From: Bacillota bacterium
GTDB lineage: Bacteria; Bacillota; Sulfobacillia; JACIYH01
NCBI GenBank assembly: GCA_014360055.1
Contig: JACIYH010000002.1
Coordinates: 38,673 to 102,672 of the forward strand
Length of the DNA stretch: 64,000 nucleotides
Reading direction: 5' to 3'
The stretch's first letter is position 1. Each line of letters begins with the position of its first letter. Shown piece after piece: positions 30,344-40,817 of this stretch. The notes under the pieces are model-generated. The model had not been told where the DNA came from. It worked only from the letters and a program-made list of their open reading frames with translations, and did not search any database. Position numbers and translations under genes: made by a program.

Positions 30344-32254
30344 ATGTATTATCCCCCCGAGGGCAGGGCCGTGGGACTGGAAGAGATCAGGGGTCCCCAT
30401 GATCTGAAAAGGCTGAGCGTCGCCGAACTGGAGAAGCTGGCGGAGGAACTCAGGAACCTCATCGTCGAGGTCACCTCGCGCACGGGTGGGCACGTGGGCC
30501 CCAGCCTGGGGGCGGTGGAACTGGCCCTGGCCGTCCATTCAGTTTTTTCGAGCCCGCAGGATGTCATCATATGGGACGTGGGGCATCAGGCGTACGCCCA
30601 CAAGATCCTTACGGGCAGGCGCGCCAGCTTCGATACCCTGCGCCAGCGGGGCGGCATTTCCGGGTATCCCGAGCGCAGCGAGTCGGAGCACGACCACTTC
30701 GGTACCGGCCATGCCTCCACCTCCGTGTCGGCCGCCATGGGGTTCGCCAAGGCCCGGGATCTGCGCCGGGAGACCCGGCAGGTGGTGGCCATCCTGGGGG
30801 ACGGGGCGCTGACGGGTGGGTTGGTCTACGAGGCCATGAACCACGCCGGCCAGGACCGCACCCACCTCATCGTCATCCTCAACGACAATTCCATGTCCAT
30901 TTCCCCCAACGTCGGTGCCCTGGCCCGCTATCTGGCCAGGGTGCGCTCGGCAGCCAGCTACCGGGGCGCCAAGGCACGCATCAAGAGAATCCTGGAACGC
31001 GTGAGCCCGGTGGACCTGGTGGGTGCCATCGAGCGCATCAAGGGCAGCATCAAGTACCTCCTTCTCCCGGGCGTGTTCTTCGAGGCGCTGGGGTTCACCT
31101 ACCTGGGCCCGGTGGACGGCCACGACATCACCGCCCTGCAGGAAGTGCTGCGGCAGGCCCGCGATCTGGACGGCCCCGTGCTGGTGCATGCGGTCACCCG
31201 CAAGGGGCGCGGGTACGAGCCGGCGGAGGCCGAGCCCGGCCTCTTCCACGGGCCGGGGCCGTTCGACCCCCGGACCGGGCGCCTCCACAGGGGCGACGGC
31301 ACCACCTGGAGCCAGGCCTTCGGCGCCATCGCCTGCGACCTGGCTGCCGCCGACCCCCGGGTGGTGGCCATTACGGCGGCCATGCGGGACGGCACGGGGC
31401 TTTCTGAGTTCGCGCGTCGCTTCCCCGACCGCTTCTTTGACGTGGGCATCGCCGAGGGCCATGCCGTCACTTTCGCCGCCGGCCTGGCCGCCGCCGGGAT
31501 GCGGCCCCTGGTGGCCATCTATTCCACGCTCCTGCAGCGGGCGTACGACCAGGTGGTGCACGATGTGGCGCGCCAGGGTCTACCGGTGGTGTTTTGCCTG
31601 GACCGGGCGGGAGTGGTGGGGGAAGACGGTTCCTCCCACCAGGGCCTGTACGACCTGGCCTACCTGCGCCACATCCCGGGCATGACCGTGGCCTGCCCCC
31701 GGGACGTGCCTGACCTGAGGGCCCTCCTCGAGCTGGGGCTGCGCATGGACGGCCCCCTGGCGGTACGCTACCCGCGGGCGGTGACGCCACCGGCGCTAAG
31801 TGGCGAGGGGCGCGGGCCCATCACCCGTGGCCGGGGTGAGTTGCTGCGCGCCGGGAGTGACGTCCTCCTCCTGGCCGTGGGCACCATGGTGGAGGTAGCC
31901 CTCGGGGCGGCCGGACTGCTGGAGAAAGAGGGTATCCGGGCTGCAGTGATCGACGCCCGCTTCGTCAAGCCCCTGGATGAAGCCCTGGTGCTGGCCTGGG
32001 CCGCCCGTACCGGTCACGTGGTCACGGTGGAAGAACACGTGTGCCAGGGGGGCTTCGGAAGCGCCGTGCTGGAGGCAATGGCGGCGGCCGGCCTGCGGGT
32101 GCCGGTGCAGGTGCTGGGGGTCCCGGACGAACACGTGGCCCATGGGTCCCGCCGGGAGTGGCTGGACCATTACCGGCTCACGCCGGCCGGAGTTGCGGAA
32201 GCCGCTCGCAGCCTCGTTTCGCACCGGCAGGCGGCGGCGGGCGGGGAGACCTGA
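30344..32254 (+). CDS. dxs: 1-deoxy-D-xylulose-5-phosphate synthase
   Basis: 636 aa from ATG 30344; TGGHVGPSLGAVELALAVH and GDGALTGG TPP motifs; in-frame part of ORF 30215..32254. Confidence 0.95.
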   Translation: MYYPPEGRAVGLEEIRGPHDLKRLSVAELEKLAEELRNLIVEVTSRTGGHVGPSLGAVELALAVHSVFSSPQDVIIWDVGHQAYAHKILTGRRASFDTLRQRGGISGYPERSESEHDHFGTGHASTSVSAAMGFAKARDLRRETRQVVAILGDGALTGGLVYEAMNHAGQDRTHLIVILNDNSMSISPNVGALARYLARVRSAASYRGAKARIKRILERVSPVDLVGAIERIKGSIKYLLLPGVFFEALGFTYLGPVDGHDITALQEVLRQARDLDGPVLVHAVTRKGRGYEPAEAEPGLFHGPGPFDPRTGRLHRGDGTTWSQAFGAIACDLAAADPRVVAITAAMRDGTGLSEFARRFPDRFFDVGIAEGHAVTFAAGLAAAGMRPLVAIYSTLLQRAYDQVVHDVARQGLPVVFCLDRAGVVGEDGSSHQGLYDLAYLRHIPGMTVACPRDVPDLRALLELGLRMDGPLAVRYPRAVTPPALSGEGRGPITRGRGELLRAGSDVLLLAVGTMVEVALGAAGLLEKEGIRAAVIDARFVKPLDEALVLAWAARTGHVVTVEEHVCQGGFGSAVLEAMAAAGLRVPVQVLGVPDEHVAHGSRREWLDHYRLTPAGVAEAARSLVSHRQAAAGGET

Positions 32255-32255
32255 G

Positions 32256-33155
32256 TTGCGGAAGGTAGGGATTTACCCCAATTTGGAGAAGGCCGGGGCG
32301 CTCCAGGTGACCGCTCGCCTGGTGCCCTGGCTGGAGGACCGGGGGGTGGGAGTGCTGCTCCCCCGGGAAGTGGCCCTCTTGCTGGGGAGGGCGGAACTGG
32401 GCGGGGATGTGCCGGCCTGGGCGCGGGACGCGGAGTTCCTTATAGTTCTGGGCGGCGACGGCACTCTGCTGCAGGCCGCACGGGCGGTCGCCCAGGCGGA
32501 GACGCCTATCCTGGGGGTCAACCTGGGGCACCTGGGTTTCCTCACCGAGGTGGAGGTTCCCCAACTGTGGGAGGTTCTCCCCCGCATCCTGGCGGGGGAG
32601 TACGAAGTCGAGGAGCGCATGATGCTCCAGACCCGGGTGCTGCGGGCGGCGCGCGAAGCGGCGCGGTTCCTGGCCCTCAACGAGGTGGTCGTATCCAAGG
32701 GGGTGTTCGCCCGCCTGATCCAGCTGGAACTGTTCATCGGGGGGCGACCCGTGGAAGAGTACTGGTCCGACGGTCTCATTATCGCCACGCCCACGGGATC
32801 GACCGCCTACTCCCTGTCCGCGGGGGGTCCCATCGTGAGCCCCCAGCTGGAGGTGCTCATCATCACCCCCATCTGCCCCCACACCCTCTATTCCCGCTCC
32901 CTGGTGATCTCCCAGCGGGAGCAGGTGCGCGTGCGCGTGTGGGCCACCCACCGGGAACTCGCCCTCACCATCGACGGGCAGCGGGGCCACCGCCTGGAGC
33001 CGGGGGATGAACTGGAGGTGAGCAAGGCCAGCGAGACCGCCCGGCTGATCCGCCAGAAAGGGTGGAGTTTCTACGAAGTGTTGCGCCGCAAGCTGAAGGA
33101 AGGACCGAAGGGGGGCGGGATGGCAGCAGGAAATGGCGAAAAAGAGAAGAAGTAA
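32256..33155 (+). CDS. nadK: NAD+ kinase
   Basis: TTG 32256 two nt after the dxs stop; GGDGTLL and NEVVV motifs; in-frame part of ORF 31977..33155. Confidence 0.88.
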   Translation: MRKVGIYPNLEKAGALQVTARLVPWLEDRGVGVLLPREVALLLGRAELGGDVPAWARDAEFLIVLGGDGTLLQAARAVAQAETPILGVNLGHLGFLTEVEVPQLWEVLPRILAGEYEVEERMMLQTRVLRAAREAARFLALNEVVVSKGVFARLIQLELFIGGRPVEEYWSDGLIIATPTGSTAYSLSAGGPIVSPQLEVLIITPICPHTLYSRSLVISQREQVRVRVWATHRELALTIDGQRGHRLEPGDELEVSKASETARLIRQKGWSFYEVLRRKLKEGPKGGGMAAGNGEKEKK

Positions 33156-33185
33156 TAGTCCGACCGGGTGAAGTGGGGGTAGGCC

Positions 33186-33638
33186 ATGAAAGCACGGCGC
33201 CAGATGAAGATCCTCGAGATCATCCGGGAACGCCCCGTGGAGACTCAGGAGGAACTGGCCCAGGAACTGCGCAAGCTGGGCATGCCCGTGACCCAGGCCA
33301 CCGTCTCCCGTGACATCAAGGATCTCAACCTGGTCAAGGTGCCAACCGGGGATGGCCGCCAGCGTTATGCTCCGCCGCAGGAGCAGGTGATGGCCGGGTT
33401 CGCGGACAGGCTGCGCAGGGTCCTGCGCGACAGCGTGCTGAGCCTGGAGGCCTCAGAAAACCTCATCGTGGTCAAGTGCCTAAGCGGTACCGCGCCCGCC
33501 GTGGGCGAGGCCCTGGACAACCTGCGCTGGCAGGAGATCGCGGGTACGGTGGCGGGCGACAACACCGTGCTCGTGGTGGTGCGGGGGCGGGAACGGTCCC
33601 AGAGCGTCCTGGAGCGGATGCGGCAGCTGATCGAGTAG
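33186..33638 (+). CDS. argR: arginine repressor
   Basis: 150 aa; winged-helix N-terminus plus oligomerisation domain (GDNTVLVV). Confidence 0.93.
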   Translation: MKARRQMKILEIIRERPVETQEELAQELRKLGMPVTQATVSRDIKDLNLVKVPTGDGRQRYAPPQEQVMAGFADRLRRVLRDSVLSLEASENLIVVKCLSGTAPAVGEALDNLRWQEIAGTVAGDNTVLVVVRGRERSQSVLERMRQLIE

Positions 33639-33649
33639 GAGGACCCCGG

Positions 33650-35365
33650 GTGCTCAGAGAGGTCTACATAGAGAACCTGGCTATCATAGGCCGGGTCCGG
33701 CTCAGCCTGGACGCCGGCCTCAATGTGCTCACCGGAGAAACGGGTGCCGGTAAATCGATGGTCATCGATGCCCTGGAGCTGGCCCTGGGCGGCCGAGCCT
33801 CCCCCGACCTCATCCGGGCCGGTGAGGACCGCCTGGTGGTGGAAGCTCTCTTCCAGGTGGATGCCGCCCGCTATCCACGGGCGGCGGCCGTCCTGGAAGA
33901 GATGGGGCTGACACCGGAGGAACTGGTGGTGAGCCGCGAGGTACAGCGCACAGGGCGTTCCCTCTGCCGCATCAACGGCCGCCCCGCCACCGTGGCCATG
34001 GCGCGCGCGGTCAGCCGCGGGCTGGTAGAACTGCACGGCCAGCACGAGCACCAGGTGTTGCTCGACCGCTCCAGTCATCTGGACTTGCTCGACCTCTTCG
34101 GCGGCCTGGGGGACCTCCGCCAGCGCGTAACGGAGGCCTACCGGCGCTGGCAGCGTATAAGGAAGGAACTGGAGGAGTTGCGTTCGTCGGCCCGGGAGAG
34201 GGCTCGCCGCCTGGACCTCCTGGAGTTCCAGATCAGGGAAATCGACGCTGCGCGCCTGCGCGCGGGCGAAGACGACGAGTTGCGCAGGGAACGGCAGGTC
34301 CTGGCCGCCGCGGAGAAGCTGGCGGGCAGCGCCCGCCAGGCCTACGAACTCCTCTACGGAGGGGCAGAGGACAGTGTCCACGACCGCCTGGCCCGCGCCG
34401 CCGCCCTGCTGGCAGAGGCGGCCCGGGTGGACGAGGGCCTGAACGGCCTGGCGGCGCAGGTGGCGGACCTGCTCGCGGCGGTGGACGAGGTGGCCCGGGA
34501 ACTGGGGGCCTACGCCGACGGCCTGGAGGCGGACCCCGCCCGGCTGGCGCAGGTAGAGGCGCGCCTGGCCGCCATCGACGCCCTGAAGCGCAAGTACGCC
34601 GACACCGTGGCCGGCATACTTGCCTTCCGGGAGGAGGCGGCACGGGAGCGCGAACGGCTGGCCGGAAGTGAGGAATCGGGCCGCGAACTGGAACGTGAAC
34701 TCCAGGAAGTGGAAGTGAGCCTGGCGGCACTGGCCCACGAGCTTTCCACCCGCCGGCTCGCCGCCGCCTCACAGCTGGCCGAACGCGTGACCGGGCACCT
34801 GCGCGAACTGGCAATGGGCTCCGCACGTTTCCTGGTGGACGTGCAGCAGGAGGAAGATGAGGGCGGTCTGGCCTGCGGCGGGCGCAGGCTGGCCGTGGCA
34901 TCCCACGGGGTGGATCGTGTCGAATTCGTCTTTTCTGCCAATCCGGGCGAGCCGGCGCGCGCGCTGGAGAGAGTGGCCTCCGGGGGCGAACTGTCGCGGG
35001 TCATGCTGGCCCTCAAGACCGTCCTGGCTGACCTGGACGGCATACCCACCCTCGTGTTCGATGAAGTGGACGCCGGCATCGGCGGCCACGTGGCGCACGT
35101 GCTGGGTGCCAAGCTCGCGCGCGTCTCGCAGCACCACCAGGTGGTGGTGGTGACCCACCTGGCGCCGGTGGCGGCCTTCGCCGCCCGCCACCTGGTGGTG
35201 GAAAAAAGTGTGAGCGGAGCGCGCACCGATGTGGACGTGCGATCGCTCGACGCCGAAGAAGAACGGCTGCACGAACTGGCGCGCATGCTGGGTGGAGCAG
35301 AGATTACCAGGGAAGCCCTGGAGCACGCCCGGCGCCTGCGCCAGGAAGCGGCCCCGCAGGCATAA
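33650..35365 (+). CDS. recN: DNA repair protein RecN
   Basis: GTG 33650 after GTAGGAGG; VLTGETGAGKSMVIDAL Walker A; long coiled coil; in-frame part of ORF 33476..35365. Confidence 0.93.
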   Translation: MLREVYIENLAIIGRVRLSLDAGLNVLTGETGAGKSMVIDALELALGGRASPDLIRAGEDRLVVEALFQVDAARYPRAAAVLEEMGLTPEELVVSREVQRTGRSLCRINGRPATVAMARAVSRGLVELHGQHEHQVLLDRSSHLDLLDLFGGLGDLRQRVTEAYRRWQRIRKELEELRSSARERARRLDLLEFQIREIDAARLRAGEDDELRRERQVLAAAEKLAGSARQAYELLYGGAEDSVHDRLARAAALLAEAARVDEGLNGLAAQVADLLAAVDEVARELGAYADGLEADPARLAQVEARLAAIDALKRKYADTVAGILAFREEAARERERLAGSEESGRELERELQEVEVSLAALAHELSTRRLAAASQLAERVTGHLRELAMGSARFLVDVQQEEDEGGLACGGRRLAVASHGVDRVEFVFSANPGEPARALERVASGGELSRVMLALKTVLADLDGIPTLVFDEVDAGIGGHVAHVLGAKLARVSQHHQVVVVTHLAPVAAFAARHLVVEKSVSGARTDVDVRSLDAEEERLHELARMLGGAEITREALEHARRLRQEAAPQA

Positions 35366-35456
35366 GCTGTTTTCATAGCGGCTCACGACCGCGGCAACCT
35401 TAAGCCGGACCGGACCCGCGGCGAAGCGGAATCTGCCAGACGGGGAGGTTGCCGCC

Positions 35457-36794
35457 GTGTCGAGACGCGCGTTGTTTTCTTTTAGCCGGTTCGCCCTGGC
35501 GCGAAGGGCCGTGCTGCTATGCATCTTCCTGTGCACGCTGGCCAGCTGGGCGGTTCGCCCCCTGGCCGAACTTCCGGCAGAACTCGAGTTGATGGCCGGC
35601 CAGCCCCACGACCTGCGCCTGCCCCCCGGCATCCAGGGGCACCTTGACCGCCCCGCGCAGGTGCAGTCTCGCACCAGCTACCCGGATCGGCTGACGGAAT
35701 GGCTGGCCGGAGGGGCACGGTTCACGCTCAGCCCCCAGGGGCAGGGCAAGGCCCGGCTCGAGTTCCGGTTGCTGGGCGTCCTTCCCGTGGGCTCGGTAAT
35801 GGTGAGCGTGCTACCCGACACCAGGATCATGGTCGGGGGACACTCCATCGGGGTGGTGGTGTCCAGCCGGGGCGTGCTGGTGACCGACATCAGACCGGTG
35901 CGTACCGCGGCAGGGCTGCGTTCCCCCGCCCAGGAGGCGGGCATCCTGCCGGGTGACCTCATCGTGAGCGCCGGTGGCGTTCCCGTGAGGGACGAAGAGG
36001 ACCTGGCCCGCCGGGTGGAGGAGGCGGGCAGGCAGGGCCAGCCCCTGCTGCTCGAGGTGGAAAGGGACCAGCGTACCTTCACGGTGAGAGTGGCACCGGT
36101 GGCCCTTCCCGACGGCAGCTTTCGCATCGGGCTGGCAGTGCGCGACAGCACGGCCGGCGTGGGTACCCTCACCATGTGGGATCCCACCACCATGCGTTTT
36201 TCCGCCCTGGGACACATGGTCACCGACGCCGACACCGGGCGGCCGGTGCAGCTGGACGAGGGGCGTATCGTGGCGGCGGGTATCCTGGCCGTGCACCAGG
36301 GCCGCAAGGGGCGGCCGGGGGAGAAGGTGGGCGTGTTCCTGCCCGAGCAGGACGTGCTGGGAAGGATCGAAAAAAACACCTCCTGCGGTATCGTGGGCCG
36401 GCTTGAGCGCCCCCTTTCCCACCCGCTCTACCGCGAAGCCATACCCCTGGCGGCAGCGGCCACCGTGCATGAAGGGCCGGCCGAGTTGCTCACGGTGGTG
36501 GACGGCCAGACCATAGAATCGTTCAGCGTCTTCATCCAGAAGGTATGGGCCGACCGGCGTTATGAGGGAAAGGGCCTGGTGGTGAGAATCACGGACCCCC
36601 GCCTCAAGCAGCGCACGGGGGGCATCGTACAGGGGATGAGCGGCAGTCCTCTCATCCAGGACGGTCGCCTGGTGGGAGCGGTCACCCACGTTTTCGTCAA
36701 CGATCCCAGCCGGGGTTATGGCGTGCTGGCACGGTGGATGTGGGAGGAAATGGTGGATGCAGCCACGGTGCGGGCGGGAGGAACAGTCCCCTGA
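35457..36794 (+). CDS. spoIVB: SpoIVB peptidase (S55), sporulation signalling protease with PDZ domain
   Basis: 445 aa; signal/TM then PDZ (ILPGDLIVSAGG) then serine peptidase domain. Confidence 0.9.
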   Translation: MSRRALFSFSRFALARRAVLLCIFLCTLASWAVRPLAELPAELELMAGQPHDLRLPPGIQGHLDRPAQVQSRTSYPDRLTEWLAGGARFTLSPQGQGKARLEFRLLGVLPVGSVMVSVLPDTRIMVGGHSIGVVVSSRGVLVTDIRPVRTAAGLRSPAQEAGILPGDLIVSAGGVPVRDEEDLARRVEEAGRQGQPLLLEVERDQRTFTVRVAPVALPDGSFRIGLAVRDSTAGVGTLTMWDPTTMRFSALGHMVTDADTGRPVQLDEGRIVAAGILAVHQGRKGRPGEKVGVFLPEQDVLGRIEKNTSCGIVGRLERPLSHPLYREAIPLAAAATVHEGPAELLTVVDGQTIESFSVFIQKVWADRRYEGKGLVVRITDPRLKQRTGGIVQGMSGSPLIQDGRLVGAVTHVFVNDPSRGYGVLARWMWEEMVDAATVRAGGTVP

Positions 36795-37020
36795 GGGGGG
36801 CGGGTTGGCATGCCCGCCGCGGCGTCCCCGGGGTACGCCGGCCGGGTGGCCCCCCGCGTGCACGCCTGCCGGGCGGTGGGCAGGCCCCCTGCGGTGGGAT
36901 AGCCCCCTTTCGATCGCTGTCGTTTGATGGCGAAAGGTTTTTCCTGGAATTAGTAGGAATCCCCCCGTCCGGCGGCGAATTTAAGAGGTCGTATGAGCAA
37001 GAGGGAGGGGGGCATCATCT

Positions 37021-37779
37021 GTGGAAAAGGTCAAGGTGCTCATCGCCGACGACAACCGGGAATTATGTGACCTGTTGCGGGAGTACATAGACCAGCAAGA
37101 GGACCTGCAGGTGGTGCGCACCGTGCACAACGGCGCCCAGGTAATGGAGGCCCTCGAGGAGGCCAGGCCCGATGTGGTCCTGCTCGACATCATCATGCCC
37201 CACCTGGACGGGATCGGCGTCCTGGAGAGGATGGCGGAGTTGCCGCGCCGGCCCAAGGTGGTGGTGCTCACCGCCTTCGGCCACGAGCACGTGACGCGGC
37301 GGGCGGCCGAACTGGGGGCCGAGTACTGTGTGCTCAAGCCCTTCGACCTGGACGTGCTTGCCTGCCGCATCCGCGAGGTGGCCCGGGGTGCTCCCGCCCG
37401 CGCCGCCGCACCTCCCGTGCGTACGCGCAACCTGGACGCCGAAGTGACCTCGGTGATCCGCGAGGTGGGCATCCCGGCCCACATCCGGGGCTACAGTTAC
37501 CTGCGGGATGCCATCCTCATGGTGATCGAAGACATGGACCTCATCAACGCGGTGACCAAGAGCCTGTACCCCAGCATCGCCCAGAAGTACCGCACCACCC
37601 CCTCACGGGTTGAGCGCGCCATCCGGCACGCCATCGAGGTGGCGTGGAACCGGGGCAACCTGGAGGCAATTGAGCAGATGTTCGGGTACACGGTCAACCG
37701 CGACAAGGGTAAACCCACCAACGCCGAGTTCATCGCCATGGTTGCCGACCGCATGCGCGTGAGCCTGCGGGCGAGCTAG
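37021..37779 (+). CDS. spo0A: sporulation master response regulator Spo0A
   Basis: 252 aa; receiver domain with [10 protein letters not shown]; hallmark C-terminus ...[21 protein letters not shown]...[11 protein letters not shown]. Confidence 0.97.
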   Translation: MEKVKVLIADDNRELCDLLREYIDQQEDLQVVRTVHNGAQVMEALEEARPDVVLLDIIMPHLDGIGVLERMAELPRRPKVVVLTAFGHEHVTRRAAELGAEYCVLKPFDLDVLACRIREVARGAPARAAAPPVRTRNLDAEVTSVIREVGIPAHIRGYSYLRDAILMVIEDMDLINAVTKSLYPSIAQKYRTTPSRVERAIRHAIEVAWNRGNLEAIEQMFGYTVNRDKGKPTNAEFIAMVADRMRVSLRAS

Positions 37780-37930
37780 GCCCGGCCAAGCAGGGAAAGG
37801 GCGGGGGGGCGGAGAATATCATAGTCGTCCAGACGGCAGGAAGAGGAGCGGATGGGGTTTGCTCCTGATGCTGTTGCCCCTGGTCGCCGCGGTTGCGCCG
37901 GGGTCAGCATATACCACAGGCGCCGTTCCC

Positions 37931-37958
37931 CAAGGGGACGGCTTTAATTTTGGGCGGA
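37931..37958 (+). terminator. hairpin plus T-rich tract after spo0A, just upstream of the first leucine dehydrogenase RBS
   Basis: GCCGTTCCCC aa GGGGACGGC followed by TTTAATTTT. Confidence 0.45.
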
Positions 37959-37967
37959 GGTGGTGAT

Positions 37968-39050
37968 ATGGAGGTTTTTGCAGCCATGGCCCGGGACGGC
38001 CACGAGCAGCTGTGCTTTTGCCGCGAGCCCGTCTCCGGGCTGCGGGCGGTGATTGCCATCCACAACAGCACGCTCGGTCCTGCCCTGGGCGGCTGCCGCA
38101 TGTGGAAGTACGCGCGCGAAGAAGAGGCCATCCGCGACGCCCTCCGGCTGTCGCGCGGCATGACGGAGAAGAACACCGCCGCCGGGCTCAACTACGGCGG
38201 GGGAAAGTGTGTCATCTGGGGTGATCCCGCTCGGGATAAGAGCGAGGCGCTCTTCCGCGCCCTGGGGCGCTTCGTGGAGGGTTTCCGCGGTCGCTTCATC
38301 ACCGGCACCGATGTGGGCACCGTCTCTTCCGACTTCGTGTGGGCCTCCACGGAGACCCTCTACGTGGTGGCCCTGCCCGAGGAATACGGTGGCAGTGGCG
38401 ATACCTCGGTGACGACGGCATTTGCGGTGTGGAAGGGGATGAAGGCGTGCGCCCGCGTCGCCTTCGGCGACGATTCCCTGCGCGGGAGGACGGTGGCCCT
38501 CCAGGGGGTGGGCAAGGTGGGGGCACACCTGGCGCAGCACCTCCACGAAGAAGGGGCCTCCCTGGTGGCGTGCGATGCCAATCCCGACCGGCTGGAGGAG
38601 GTGGCCGCCCGCATCCCCCTGCGCAAAGTGGACCCGGAGGAGATTTTCGACGTCGAGTGTGACATCTTCTCTCCCAACGCCCTCGGCGGAGTGCTGAACG
38701 ACCTCACGGTGCCGCGCCTGCGCTGCCGGGTGGTGGCGGGGGCGGCCAACAACCAGTTGGAGGAACTGCGCCACGGCGACATGCTCAAGGAGCGGGGCAT
38801 CCTCTATGCCCCCGACTTCATCATCAACGCCGGAGGTGTGATCCAGGCGGCGGACGAACTGGAGGGCTACAACCGGGACCGGGCCCTGCGCAAGGCCGCG
38901 GGGATCTACGACCAGCTGCTGGAGGTGTTCCGCATCGCCGCCGAGCAGGATATCTCCCCGGCGCGGGCCGCGTACGTTTACGTGGAACGGAGGCTGCGTT
39001 CCCTGGGGGCCCTGGGGCGCATCCTGGTGCCCCGGGGCGCATCAGACTGA
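37968..39050 (+). CDS. Leu/Val/Phe (Glu/Leu/Phe/Val family) dehydrogenase, paralog 1
   Basis: MEVFAAMARDGHEQLCF...GGCRMWKY...GGGK; ATG with RBS GGCGGAGGTGGTG; in-frame part of ORF 37893..39050. Confidence 0.9.
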   Translation: MEVFAAMARDGHEQLCFCREPVSGLRAVIAIHNSTLGPALGGCRMWKYAREEEAIRDALRLSRGMTEKNTAAGLNYGGGKCVIWGDPARDKSEALFRALGRFVEGFRGRFITGTDVGTVSSDFVWASTETLYVVALPEEYGGSGDTSVTTAFAVWKGMKACARVAFGDDSLRGRTVALQGVGKVGAHLAQHLHEEGASLVACDANPDRLEEVAARIPLRKVDPEEIFDVECDIFSPNALGGVLNDLTVPRLRCRVVAGAANNQLEELRHGDMLKERGILYAPDFIINAGGVIQAADELEGYNRDRALRKAAGIYDQLLEVFRIAAEQDISPARAAYVYVERRLRSLGALGRILVPRGASD

Positions 39051-39062
39051 GGAGGTGCCGCC

Positions 39063-40133
39063 GTGGAAGTATTCAGTTCCATGGACCAGTACGACCACGA
39101 GCAGGTGGTGTTCTGCTACGATGAGGCGTCAGGCCTGAAGAGCATCATTGCCATCCACGACACTTCCCTGGGCCCCGCCCTGGGTGGTTGCCGGATGTGG
39201 CCCTACCGCAGCGAAGAGGAGGCCCTCTGGGACGTGCTGCGCCTCTCCCGGGGGATGACTTATAAGAACGCCGCCATGGGACTGAACCTGGGGGGCGGCA
39301 AGGCGGTCATCCTGGGGGACCCGCGCCGGGATAAGAGCGAGATCCTGCTCAGGGCCTTCGGTCGTTTCGTACACACCCTGGGAGGGCGCTACATCACCGC
39401 CGAGGACGTGGGCACCACCGTGCAGGACATGGCCGTGGTGCGCTATGAAACCCCCTACGTGGCCGGGCTGCTCGAGAAGTCCGGCGACCCCTCCCCCGCC
39501 ACCGCCTTCGGGGTGTGGAGGGGGATCAAGGCGTGCGCCCGCTGGGTGTGGGGGTCCGAATCCCTGCGCGGCCGTACGGTGGCCGTGCAGGGGGTGGGCA
39601 AGGTGGGGTCGGCGCTGGCCCGCCACCTGAGGGATGAGGGTGCTCACCTGGTGATCACCGACGTTGACTCCGAGCGCGCGCAGGGGGTGGGCCGCGAACT
39701 GGGGGCGGAGGTGGTGGAACCAGAGGCCATCTACGACGTCCCCTGCGACATTTTCTCCCCCTGTGCCCTGGGGGCGGTGGTGAACGATGATACCCTGAAG
39801 AGGTTCCGCTGCAAGGTGATCGCCGGGGCGGCCAACAACCAGCTGGCCGAACCCCGCCACGGTCACGCCCTCGAGGAACTGGGCATCCTGTACGCACCCG
39901 ATTTCGTCATCAACGGCGGTGGGGTTACCAACGTGGCCGACGAATTCGAGGAGGGCGGGTACAACCGGGACCGGGCCTTTGCGCGCATCGCCACCATCTA
40001 CGACAAGCTGTGGCGCATCTTTACGGTGGCGCGGGAGGAGAAGATCCCCACCTTCCTTGCCGCCGACCGCGTGGCCGAGGAGCGCATCGCTACCATCCGC
40101 CGGCTGCACCGCATCTACCTTCCGGGGCGGTGA
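39063..40133 (+). CDS. Leu/Val/Phe (Glu/Leu/Phe/Val family) dehydrogenase, paralog 2 (tandem)
   Basis: MEVFSSMDQYDHEQVVF...GGCRMWPY...; colinear with paralog 1. Confidence 0.9.
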   Translation: MEVFSSMDQYDHEQVVFCYDEASGLKSIIAIHDTSLGPALGGCRMWPYRSEEEALWDVLRLSRGMTYKNAAMGLNLGGGKAVILGDPRRDKSEILLRAFGRFVHTLGGRYITAEDVGTTVQDMAVVRYETPYVAGLLEKSGDPSPATAFGVWRGIKACARWVWGSESLRGRTVAVQGVGKVGSALARHLRDEGAHLVITDVDSERAQGVGRELGAEVVEPEAIYDVPCDIFSPCALGAVVNDDTLKRFRCKVIAGAANNQLAEPRHGHALEELGILYAPDFVINGGGVTNVADEFEEGGYNRDRAFARIATIYDKLWRIFTVAREEKIPTFLAADRVAEERIATIRRLHRIYLPGR

Positions 40134-40136
40134 GGG

Positions 40137-40796
40137 ATGGCGGGCGAGCGGGTCACGGTACTCTACGGCCCGTACGGCAGCGGCAAGACCGAGGTCGCGG
40201 TGAACTACGCCGTTTGGCTGGCCGGCCGGGCGGCGGGGGTATGGCTGGCCGACCTGGATCTGGTCACCCCCTACTTCCGGGTGCGTGACCTCCGCGATCG
40301 GGTGGGCCGGCAGGGGGTGAGGGTGGTGGCCCCGGAAGGACCCCCGGGAGAGGGGGACCTCCCCGTGCTGCCCCCCGGTCTGAGCGGGCTCCTGCGCGGC
40401 GACGGGCCGGGCGTCATAGATGTGGGAGGGGGAGACACGGGGGCACGGGTGCTGGGTACCCTCCATACGCTTGCGGGGGACTGCCGCTTGTGGCTGGTGT
40501 TCAACCCCTACCGGCCCGGCTGCAACTCCCCCGCGGGGCTGGTGGACACGGCCCGCCGCATCTCGGCGAGCAGCCGGCTCGGGCCTGCCGGCGTGGTGTC
40601 AAACCCGCACCTGGGTCCCGCCACCACCGTCGCGGTGGTGGCGCGGGGACACGCGGTGGTGGAGCAGGCGGCGGCAAGGCTGGGACTGCCCGTGGTGCTG
40701 CTTACGGCGTTACAGGACATCGCGCCCGCGGTGGAGAAAATGGTGGGCCGGGAAGTATTCCCTCTGCAGCGGTACCTCACGCTACCGTGGGAATGA
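40137..40796 (+). CDS. P-loop NTPase of unknown function (Walker A GPYGSGKT, DxxG-like IDVGGGDTG)
   Basis: 219 aa; ATG directly after the paralog-2 stop; immediately upstream of the oxidoreductase delta-subunit ferredoxin gene in the same frame. Confidence 0.65.
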   Translation: MAGERVTVLYGPYGSGKTEVAVNYAVWLAGRAAGVWLADLDLVTPYFRVRDLRDRVGRQGVRVVAPEGPPGEGDLPVLPPGLSGLLRGDGPGVIDVGGGDTGARVLGTLHTLAGDCRLWLVFNPYRPGCNSPAGLVDTARRISASSRLGPAGVVSNPHLGPATTVAVVARGHAVVEQAAARLGLPVVLLTALQDIAPAVEKMVGREVFPLQRYLTLPWE

Positions 40797-40817
40797 GGTC
40801 CGGGGGAGGCGGTAACT

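Noticed and set aside
37836-37965. Small ORFs (32-33 aa, one encoding a hydrophobic LLLMLLPLVAAVAPG peptide) between spo0A and the first leucine dehydrogenase
   Set aside because: Too short, no family support, and they overlap a likely spo0A terminator hairpin. Possible only as a leader peptide.
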